Positions 40,801 to 52,800 of a stretch of 64,000 nucleotides of DNA are shown piece by piece (positions within the stretch are counted from its first letter, which is position 1; the number at the start of each line of letters is the position of its first letter). The notes beneath the pieces are model-generated. The model worked only from the letters and a program-made list of their open reading frames with translations. It was not told the origin of the DNA and searched no databases. Location of the stretch: the NCBI GenBank assembly GCA_051362555.1, contig CM120642.1:14260001-14324000 (forward strand), in the 5' to 3' direction. The position numbers and the translations under genes were made by a program. Origin of the DNA: Lingula anatina (taxonomy: Eukaryota; Animalia; Brachiopoda).

Positions 40801-43800
40801 CTTATTGAAAATCTGATTTTCTTTTATTTTGGTTGTTTAAAACATTTATGAAGTATTTAAAATAAACAGATTATGTGCAAAATTTAAAAACTTTTTAAAG
40901 ATTGTTGAAGGTCATTCTTTAACACATGAAATGATAATCCACTTTTTTTGGAAGAACAGTGCAACTAGTTATTTGTTTAATTTCTAGTATTACCCCTTAC
41001 CCCTCCATGGGGTGGAGTCGGGAAGGAGGAGGGCAGTCTTATTACAGAAAATTAAGCTCAGTTTTAAGTCAAATTCAGCATTATCAAATTTTGTTAACAC
41101 ATTACGCACCGGACAGGGTGTGTGTGGTTGTATGTAATTTCAGGGTGGACATCATGGAGCATGTTTATGTATATAACGGTGAGGCCTGTCACATGCTTAC
41201 ATGAATGTATTATATCTGGCGTTTGAATGATTTACTCAAAAGGTATTTCGTACAGAATGTCTGATGTTGAACAATTTTTGCATTTTTTCCACGCCAAATA
41301 TCTTTTTTATTTCTTTGATTGATAGCCTGAAAAAAATTCAAAAATTAGAAAAAAAGGAATGCAAGTGCCCCAGCAGCATCATTTGCATATGTATTTCCTA
41401 TACACCCCGGTGCATGCACCATGTGATATATATTTAGTCATTCAGTAATGCATGACATGGCTTGCAAAGAACCTCTCGGCCAATTGCTACTTGGTGTGGT
41501 GTTGATGAAATGCTAGTACTGATTCAAAAATTCTATCTTCTTCTCATGTCGACTCCTTTCAGTTGGCCAATGTTTTTGCGTCCCCATCACACGTGGATTC
41601 TGTTGAGCACAGCCAACGCCCGTTTGCAGTTATTAAAGGAGAAAACACAGCCGGCTCCATGGAGGTTCCCTATGATGACTTAGAAACTGATCCTCGACCA
41701 AAGAGAAAGCCTATGAATATTTGGCAGCTTGTATGTTACACTGTCCATAACTCTGTGCACTAGACAGCTCCTATGTTCCTTTAAAAAGCGCATGATAGCA
41801 CTTAAGTTTATTTATTTATTTATAATTTGATTTTAATTTTGATAAGCTGTATAATGTGTACTGCCATGTTGCTTAAAATAAATCAAGTCCTATATATGCC
41901 TGCACCTTCCTCTCCTTCCTCACTGTCTTCATACTGCTATTGATATGCCTTTAACTCTCTGGCACTCAGCCTCTGGGTCCTGCAACTTCTGAGATAATGG
42001 AATTTTTCTCTTTACGTCTTCCCTCCTTTTTTTAACATTTGTTGTACATAAACTGTACACAGCTTTCCCATTGGTCAAAAGAATGACAGGTTCTGATTGG
42101 CTGTGTTTGATACATTGTGACACAGAGAGAGGGATTAGAAAAAAGTGAATTATTTCCAAGTATTGTATTATGGAGACTGACACGTATTTACCATGATGAT
42201 ATCATAAAAACAAGGACAGCACTGCTTTTGGTGTTAAACTTTTAGGGTTTAAAACTGGGCATTGGTTTAAGATTGGCTGCAGCTTTTTGGGATCTGTGGC
42301 AAGGCAATCCGCTTTAGTGCTGTTTATTACTACATACAACCACACACACTAATGGTATGTAAATGATATGTTAAATATTATATGAAATATAACGCAATAT
42401 AATTAAAACCAATAGACCCGTACTGAGATTCTGCTGTCTGCTTGTATGCTGCCAGCTTATAAGCCTTCATTATTTTGGGTTTCTGTTCAGTACTCAGGAC
42501 CAATGCATGGAATAATACAAGAGGACACGGCTGCTGCACTAAGTCACCATCTTATTAATAAGTCTCTTTTAGTAACCATTTTATTTCCAGTACCCCTACC
42601 CCCTTCCCTACTTGTACAGTTAATAAACATCCCTGACTGAATAATGACTTTGATATTCCAGTCCAAAGTTATGAAGAAGAGGTTCCTTTGATCACAGTTG
42701 CTTTATGTATATCTATATATAACTTTCTATATATGTTTAAATATATATTAAATTAATATGACACTATTGCAGTGCATGTTTGAATGCCCACTTGTTCATA
42801 TTTAGGTGTTTTTTAAGTTGCCCAAATCCTTATTTTTGCATTTTGAAGCATACCTATACTATAATTATGGATATTGTACCAAGTGGATTTCTGTGATTTC
42901 CATCAGTCAGACACCTGGCTTTTTTTTTTTTTTTTTTTTTAAGAGAACCATTTTGTACCAGTAATCACTAAGTTCAGGCCCCTGTTTCCAAAAAAAAAAA
43001 AAAAAAAGTTTCCTGACTAAGGTCTTTGTTACGTCACATGGTCACATGCACACATCTTACCCTATCAGGAACCATGTTAAAGCAGTCTTGTGGACATATG
43101 CACCCATCCTAGTCAACAACGGATTGAAGATTCTTTGTGAAATGGGGCCATACTTTGTTTTATATACCAATATACGTCTTTTACCAAATTTCATTGACCT
43201 GAACCCATATATTGCAATGGGATATTTTGATGTAGTTTTTTAATAAGGATATAGAAACTGCCACTTGTTATAAAAATGTTGAAATGCATTGATGTATATA
43301 TGTATATATCTTCAGATTTCACTGAATATTTTCTTAAATATTTGTTATTTTCTTCTCTGAAAAGTTGTTTTTTACTGCTTTAAAACAGTTGTTGGAAATC
43401 ATAGAATATTCACTTGGTCTCCTGTGGTATTGCCAAGTTCACAGCACTTATGAATTGGAACAATTCCATATATATTAAAATACAGGATTGGTTAATATAT
43501 TCACAAAAAAATCTGTTGTCAGAGTGTGGACATATTTTTGGCCTATGGTATGGGTATTGCTGCAATGTCAATGGAGGTCCAGCAGTAGATGTTGACACAG
43601 AGGGAAACCAGTTGTGGCATTATTGTTCCTCTTCAACCTTGTGCTCTTAGTACCTGGTTGTTTTCTATGAGATGTGCTTTGAGCTTACCACATATAGTCA
43701 GTATGTTTGTACAAGTTATATAGGTCCTGCTCATGTTAGGATTGACTTAAACCTTTTAGGGTTTAAGTTAAACTCAATGTGAACATGCCTGATTTGTAGG

Positions 43801-46800
43801 TGTATGTTATGGTACTATTATAATGGATATGTGATACTCTTGCTCAGCTAGCTTTTTTTGCTACCGTCTGATTCCAGCTTCAGCGAGTCCTGGATAAAAC
43901 CAATGCTTCATTTCAAACCAAAGGCCCAGAACAAGCTGATAGTGATGTATGTGCTGAAATTGTTATGAAAATTATTTATTTAGTTTGATGGGAAAAGATG
44001 CAAGGGGCAGGGATACCAGTTTAGCTACCAGTTCAGTACATGGTACAGAGCAAAGCACCATGCTAGCATGTGAAATGTTCACTAGAGGCTAAACACAGCA
44101 TTAATGCCACTTGAAAAAAAATTAAAATATTTGATTGTTTTTGGTAACTTTGTTGTTGCTTAGTTGAAAAGTATTTATTTTTTCTGAAACAGATGATAAA
44201 ATGTTTTGTTTTGCTGTAAAAACTGTAAAAAAAAGTTGGACTACCTTTGGTGAGAGCTTAAGGTTAAACACAACTGCGACCATTTTTCGAGATTTCTCTC
44301 AGATCTCATTTTAACCATGGCAGCCTGTGATAGCCAAGGAACTGAATTTTTGTAGCCTTTTTCTTTATTATTTAAGTTTGACTTGACAAGTTGAATATTG
44401 ATCAGCTGACTAAATGCTGTGGTTTCAGAATAATACTGTGCTGAGTACACCCAGTTCTGGCTGTGTTAACATGGTGGCTCAGAAATTGACACAATGAGAA
44501 GAAAAAAAAGAAAGTTTTGTAAATTATCTCATGACAAATCTTTCTTATTTCACTGCTTCAGTGTGTCTGATTTTATCTTTAATAAAAATCGAAGGCATTG
44601 ATAGACTGGTATAATATTTAGTATTGGTATCCCTGCCTGTGTCTTGATGATCTAGCTTATAAAAGCCTGCCAAACCTGCTCCTGTACTTGTTGACCCAAG
44701 ATGGTCAGCCATTTTGATAACATTGGTTATTAAGAATCTAGATAACATTGAAAAAAAAGTCAAAATTATAGAAAACATTTAAAGTTAAAACTCATTACTC
44801 ACAGTGAACAGTCATATGGATCTATACATAGCAAGACACCAAACTTGTATTTTCTAATGTAAATCTCTGAAGGAAAAGAAAGTTCCTTTGTACTAGTAAT
44901 TTGCAGAAATTATCTTTCCAAGATTTAAAGGCATATGCACAGACATTTTGACAGGCTTTTTACTGAATGTTTCTACTAACTACATACTGCAGGTTGTTTG
45001 TTTTGAAAATTCAGCTTGTTGGAGGCTTTTCTTCCACAATGATTTGCTGTCTAATATATACCTTGACGTGATGATTGCCATGAGTGAACAGATTGTTATT
45101 AACTTATCAGAGTACACAGGGGTAAAGTTATGATATGTACCAGTATCACAAAGATTCCAGTAAGATCAGTTTTATTCAGGCAGTTTAGATGTATTATGCA
45201 AATATTGACTTATAAACTGGGCCATTATTGATGGGTGATTTGAAATCAATTTTTGGTGATAAGTTTTTTTTTAATCAAGGAGACATATTCTAACTTTATA
45301 CCAGTGTGCTGGGTGTGGCTGCTTACTAATTGTCTGCTAGCATTATAATCATTATGGTTATTAAAATTCAGCAGAGGAATGTATTTTTATTTCACTTTAA
45401 GAAGCTTGATTTGGCTTCCAGTTGCTAAGCAGTTTGCTTTATTTGGGTTGTGGCATTAAACATTTGCTGTGCTTTCTATTTGAGTGATATGTAGCTTTAC
45501 TTTCTTCTGCAGAAATATACTTGATAAAATAAAAAAGATCATAATTATGTTATATCCATATAATAATCTCAAGAAAACGTATGGCCGTAACTACCCTAAT
45601 AAGGAATTCTTCTATATAGCTTTTTGTATATATACTGCATATGCTGTTATTCAACACTTTAAACAGACACCTAAATATACCAGTACTAAATGACTGGGTT
45701 TCCACTTATTATGCTTTATATCAATCAATATGGAGCCAGGTATTTTCTTGGCTGCAGCAGCTCATGTATGCACAGGTCTTATTGCAGTTTATTTTCCTGT
45801 TGCTATTTGATATAACACATATCTTCCGCAATTCATAACCTTACTGCTTCAGGAATCTGTGCTAAATTTGAATAATCTTCTTTTTCTTTGGGACTAATCT
45901 TCTATTTACTCTGTGATATAGCTTTGTTGAAATAACAGATGATGATTTGTATTTGTTAATTCCGTTGAAGTTATCTTTAGCCTAATTGAACCTCAGGTGT
46001 AACTCTCCCTTCACATAAGTAATATAGAACTTTCATTTTTTTTTTTTTTTACTACCTACTTCTTTGTACTCATCAAACCATTGCTTATACTAAAACAATG
46101 ACAGCATTCTGCACAGTAGATAATGAAATAGCAATACTGGAAACTGTTTTAAATGATACAAGGTTAATATTTGCACCAGTGAACATTGATTTAGTGTACA
46201 TTGTCAATATAATACATAGACACTATTGCATCAGGATGTTTGCAAAATTAATCATTTTAAATTTGTTTATTACAATGAAAATTATTGTTGGATATCATAT
46301 TCGTCACATTTCTATGTAGAACACATTCAGTAAGGTAATTGTTGCTGTTTATTACCACAGGTTTTTTTAGCCATGATACTTGTATGTATGTTTTTGCTCT
46401 TGCCGGGGATTGGGTGCCTTAGCAATTGCAGCGCTCTTGTATTACATGTGCCTGTTTGCTTTGTGTTCCCAGTTTTGTGCGTTTTATGTTCACATGCACG
46501 CTTTTCCTTGTTGACACAATGTACGAACACATGCTAAAACCAATCAGCTCCATTCTGCAGGGTTTTCACATACAGATGAGATTCTGATGCTTTGTGTGCC
46601 AGGGAGTTCATCTTCATCCTCCTCGCTATTACTGGCTCTCTGACTCTACTTTTTCTTCTATTTCACATCTGTCTCTTGACTGCACTGCAAACTGCCATGT
46701 TATCAAATGCAGATATAAATGAAGGGGTGAGCCAGGTTTCAATTAATAACCTCACGAAGATCTTTCTGTGCCCTTACATACTTGGTTTTCATACCATTGT

Positions 46801-49800
46801 ATGCCTATTGAAGATCTGACACTAGAAGGTTTGCATGTCCCTGTTGATATTCAAGATGGAGGCCACATACCCCCCCTGCCAAACCTTCCCCAATGTGACC
46901 ATGATCATTACCTCTGTTTTTCAGTGATTGGCCCCTGCTGTTCAAACAAGACTTCACTTTTTGCAAAAATCTTGGTGTTTCTTTTTTAAATTAAAGCAAA
47001 ATTAGTTCTTTTTAAAAAGAAAAAAAAATTTTTCCCCTTTCTGTTAAGTGTTTTTCAAATTTTCTTCCAGGACACTAATATTTTGTGCAAAACGTGAAGC
47101 CACTCAACCAAAGGTGTTATGTCTTGTTGTCTATGTTATATGTTTCTTTGTTTCTGCTTAGATTGAAGACCTTCTGGCAGGGGATTTAACAGGAAAGGCC
47201 AAGACTAACAGCACTGTAATTGGCAATATGAGTTGCTGTAGATAATCATGACAAACTACCCTGTCAGGATGAGTACAAGGAATATGAAGGCTGTGAATTA
47301 TGTGAAAAAAGAAAAATGAAAGTAATTACAAAGACAAGGCATAGATTTTTGGGACTTATTTATAATATCTGATTCCTAAAACCATGAGACTGAAGTATTT
47401 AGGAAGTTTCAGTTGAAAATCATCTGAATACTAGATGTCGCTTAACATATGTATTTTGACCACTTGATGTCAGCACATGCCTGAGTTCCTTGTGAGAAGA
47501 CTGACTGGGATATAGATTGTAGTGGCATAATCACAGTATATGGTGACACAATGCTTGAGAGTTGGTGTGTGAGGAGTTTTATTTTATTTTCTTGTTATTT
47601 AATTTTTTTCTTTCTGAAAAACTTCCAATAATTACTTTTAACAGTACTTACATAAGTATTTGCTCCACAGTTTTTGTTCAAATGAATGTGGCAGTAAAGA
47701 ACTTGATTTTCAATTTTCTTTTATCTTTAATTCATTGTTGAAATGATTTTTTTTTATATTTTGGAGGGTGATGTCGGTTGATTTATGGTACATATGTAGT
47801 TCCTTTATGTGTGTGTATCTGTGCGTGCATGTGCCATTGTGCGTATGCTCAGGTTGCGTTCTTACAGCAAATGTGTCATCATGCATGGTTTGTCATGTGA
47901 TCATTAGGGGTGAAAGGTTTTTCATTTTTTTATTGCACTATCGTGATTTCATCTAACGGCAGAAAAGTTAGCAATGCCACTTTAACGGAACACAATAAGT
48001 CCTTGCAGGAGGAAAAAAACAAGATTTGCATTGATTAAAAAAATAATTTTTTGTCTCATTGATCACTTGACCTACCCTCATACTGCATGCTTTCACTTCC
48101 AGTAACAAGATAATACTCTTTTTAAGTAATAGAAAGTAGCACAGTAACCTTAGTATCTATATCCTAATCCATTCTAGCTACAAAGAGTGGTGAATGCACG
48201 GACAAAAGCTAGCAAGTTAAATCATTCTGGTGGCGCTCGCAATAATGTAGCATATGTGGTAATGGGATGTAGGCCCTCTTTCATCTTCATGTTGCTTCCA
48301 TTTTTGACACTTAGATGGTGGCATTTCTGTGTTTCAAATAGCAGTTCACACTTCATGTTTGTTTTTTTTTTGGTGTTAATTGATGCAAAATTTGATGGTT
48401 ATGTTCTTCGTAATATGGCAACAAGTTCTCACTGTTATGGATATGTTTTCTGTTTTACGATTCCGGCATCATGGTTGTATTCTGTGATAAATGGTGGCAG
48501 TTCGCAATTCATGATTGTGTTCTTGTTGGATGGTAACAGTTGGCACTCTCATGGGTTTTATCTTCTATGGAACATATTACAATTTACAGCTGTATTAGTT
48601 AGTGAGATGTGTATAGTTTTGGGGTCTTTTTTGATCAGTAATCCATAGTTTTTTTCATACCAAGTTTTTATTTCAAAAGAAGTAAAATTTTGTGAGCTTC
48701 TGATAAAACTTCACAATTTTTCATGATTATATGACTTATTGAGCACTTCATGTTTCGAAGTTCTGTTTCCATAGAATTGTTCACACCTTCATGGGAGTGT
48801 TCAACTGTTAACTTAAAGACATTTCTTGCTCTGGTGCATTTCTACAGTTTATATCTGTTTTGTTTGAATTTCAATTTGTTACATGTAGCTGAATAAGGCA
48901 GTCTGTGCTCTTTTCAGAGTTGGTTTTTCTATTCCTTTGAATTTTTGCAAAATTGCATGCATCTTTGTTCAGTCAGTGCGATTTCAGTTTGTTTAATCTC
49001 ATAACATTGATGCAAATGTACAAGAAGTGAAATAACTTCAGTTAGATTGATATATGGAACATTGGCATAACAGTTACACATATAAACTTATACTGCCACA
49101 GTAACCTTTATATATGCATGCTGTCACACAAGCTTTAAGTATAGAGAAATACAGCAATGCTGTCATGACTATTTTCAGTACTTATATAGTATATCCCTCA
49201 CTTTTATTTGCGTCTCTGTTATTTGTTTTTGTTGTTGTCTGTTCTTGTTTCTAAAAGTGTCTTGTCTTGTTCATTATATAAAAAAAATTAACTATGAAAA
49301 ATCAAACTATTGTATGGAATTAAAAAGAAACTTGAAACTCCAGAGACAAGTTTTTCTTCCATTCCTAGAAAAAGAACTGCACTATCTGAAATCTGCATGT
49401 TATAGAATTGATTGAATATTCTGATCAGCTTGCATCCTGTTGATCAAGGCTGACTGCAACTGCATGTTAAATTTTCCAAAATCAGCTTCTTTGTTGGATT
49501 AATTTGGTAGCTTTGAAAAACAAATTTGATTTAAATAATTGTTTCAATGTACAGATAATTCCACAAAACCATCTGTGTGTCTCCTCTTGACAGTCCCCCA
49601 GTGTCGCCCCCTACATCCATGTACCCTATCTACAACGCTTTTCCATATGTCTGCAATGTGCTTAAAGTATTGTTTTTGTCAAGTTAAAGGTTCTCTTCTG
49701 GTGTTTGTATACAACAAGAACCAAATCTAATGCTAATAAACTAGTATGTGACATCCAACAAGCCAGGATGCATTTATATTAAAAAGAAGCATTTATAAAA

Positions 49801-52800
49801 TAATTATTTTGCTGGTAGTGTTTGTTGTATTCCCACATCCGAAGAGAGCCTTTGGTTATTACTATACCATATATTTATAACATACTTTTCTATTATAATG
49901 GATATTATAAAGATTAGCTTTTAGACTTTTTCCTGTGACAGGTGACTACTTCTCAATTTCAATGAATTGTTAGTTTAAAAAGATTTCTTATTGAGTGCTC
50001 TTGTAGTTAAACTGCAGTGATGCACTTGTCTTAAGTGTTATCAGGTTGTCACATTTTGCAGTTGTGTGATTAACTCTTAGTGGTTTCTGTGATAAATGAC
50101 TTGATTAATATTGCCTTAATTTTTATGTTTTTATTCAAAATAATAACTTAGGTTTTTATGTAATTGGAAAATATTGAAAACCTTGCAGTTTTAGAAGTAC
50201 TTTAAAATAAGATATGTTAAAACTATATCTTACAGCATACAGCTATAAGTTAATTGCTGCTCAATTAAAGGATGAAATTATAATAAACAGTTAATAAAGA
50301 TGTAATGCCTGTAATGATACATAGAATTTGTCTTCATTACTCTCTCAATGAGAACTGAAGACTTGTCAAGTGAGAGAATAATTGAATGTTGTAATGACTT
50401 TGTAGAAAGGAGACAGAGAGGGTGTTGAGGATATAGCATCGTATGCTGACACAACTTTACTGGTACACTTCTTTGGACAGAAAGGAAAAGAAAACCTGAG
50501 TTTTCAGGATTTTGCTAGGTAAGGAAAAAATAGGTTATGCATTCAAACAGTAAATATACATCATTGTAACTTTCTTGCTTGGCACGAGCAAGGTTTGGCA
50601 AATTATATGATTTAGACAAAGGGTTGTTATTATTATAAATGTGCAGTAGCCTTCATTTCCCAACAAGTTCTGCTGTCAACTTTCAGATTCATGGAGAACT
50701 TGCAGACGGAGGTCCTGGAGCTGGAGTTTGAGGAGTATGCCCGGGGCATGCCAACCATCTCTGAGGAGGACTTTGCCAGAGTGCTGCTCCACTACACACA
50801 ACTAAACCAGGCTGACTGTGAGGAATATATTGAGAGGTTGAAAGAGAGAAGACCCGAGGAGAAGGTGGGTATGGAAGCGCATGTTTTTGCAGTAGGAATG
50901 TATGGAAACACATTCTTGTGTATGTGTACATATGCCTGCACGTGCACACACACGCACAAATACATCCTGCTACCACTGTCTCTCTGTGCCATATGAATCT
51001 TTAAAAAGCTGGCTGTATATGTACCATTCACTTCATATATTTATTTGTTAACACAGGTATTACAATTACAACAGGACATTTTTGTGTACCAAAGTGTGTT
51101 TTCATTTAATGTTATTTACGAGCACTCATTGGAAATGAAGTCACAATTTTAAGAGTTTAGTGGAAAATATATATGGTGTTTTAGTATTCTTTTAAGTGAT
51201 ATCTCTTAGATATCACTGATCTTTTGCTGTATTTAAATGCCAATTTTAAGTGGTATCCCTTCTTTTCTCTTGTCATGTCTTATATTTGAGATGAGCTATA
51301 AAGATGTTTTGGAATTTTCAAATAGAGCATGTTTATCTCATGCTTAACAGTACTTTCTCACATTTTAAGGCAGAACTTTGAGCATTTTTTTTCCCCCTCA
51401 AATTATCCAATTTCCTCTTTTTATATCATGTTATGTTTGTCCCGGTGACTCTTTAACTTGCCCGTCTCACTCTTTCTTATTGTAGGCAAACCAGAAGGGT
51501 TGTAACCAGGTAGTACATATGCATCCTTATAACAATATATATACTGTAAAATATATCATATGTCATTATTTGTATATATACCACGGTTACCTGTGCACAT
51601 GATTTGTCGAATGTTTCTATGGAACAAGATTGTGAAGATGGGTACTTTTTGCATTGAAAAAAATATTGATTACCACATAAAGTTGCATTTTTATGAAATA
51701 TGTTTATGAAATATCTGAGTGTGATATTGTTCTTGTGATAAAGCTGTGGTTGTTCAGACAGCTTTTATTTATGATGTTGACTCATAAATGTGATTGTAAT
51801 ATATAAAAGCTTTAGTTAGTTTTGTATAGTGTAAGTGATGTAAAGTGAAGAAGATGTGATTGTACCAATAGCCATTTGCTTCTTGATTGTCAGAAAATGT
51901 CAATGAAGTGTTTCTGATTACAGAATTTTTCTCCAAAATAACATATTTGCTGTATTTAAGCATTTGTGTTAACAGATTATTTAAACTCATACCTGTTTTG
52001 TTACTAAGATTATAATTAATTGTTAATAGTACTATATTTTATAATTAAGATAGCATGATTAATGATAATTGCAGAAATAATTTAAGAATCTATCAAAAAT
52101 AGTGAATGATTGAGCGCCACACTTTGCATTTCAGTTTCTTTAACTCAATTGTGTTATGTATTTTTTATAAAAAAAAAAAAAAAGACATTCTTAAAATAAT
52201 GATTTAACATGGCAAGTTTAGTTATTAGGAAACAGACTTATGGACAGTGTCTTGTTTTTAGAAAAATCATGATGTGAAAAATGTCTCATAATTTACTGGA
52301 ATCCTAGTTTTTTTGTGCTATAGTTTTGGTTGTAGTATCTATACCTGCACGATACTCCCTTAACTGTCACACACGTCTGCATGGTAGAGAAAACTATTTT
52401 CTACAGAGAAAGCTATGTTTTTTTTTTTTTTTTTTTTTGCTTGAGATAAAATGTCACATACTCCTGCATGAGAATTGTTTTGATCTTCAGTAAAAGATAA
52501 TCAGGATAATATTATGGGAATACATACATACACAAACACGCATGCACGCACGCACGTACAATTGAAAGAGACATGCAGAGAGAAATTAATACACAAAATA
52601 ATTGTAAAAAGACCCAACTGTATTCACTTATGTAGATATTCAGTTGCTAGGAGCTTATTGTCTTTACATTTATGATGTCCATTTATGATGTCATACAGCA
52701 CAGTGCTTGTTCTTCCTTTTGTAGATACAGTCATTGATAATCAATGATGTTACACAAGGTGTCTTGGTCATTCAAGCCTTGCAGATATCCAGAGAATTGT

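Noticed and set aside
48187-48648. 153-aa hydrophobic ORF resembling a membrane protein
   Set aside because: T-rich intronic composition explains the hydrophobicity. Only the first ~24 codons overlap candidate exon D.
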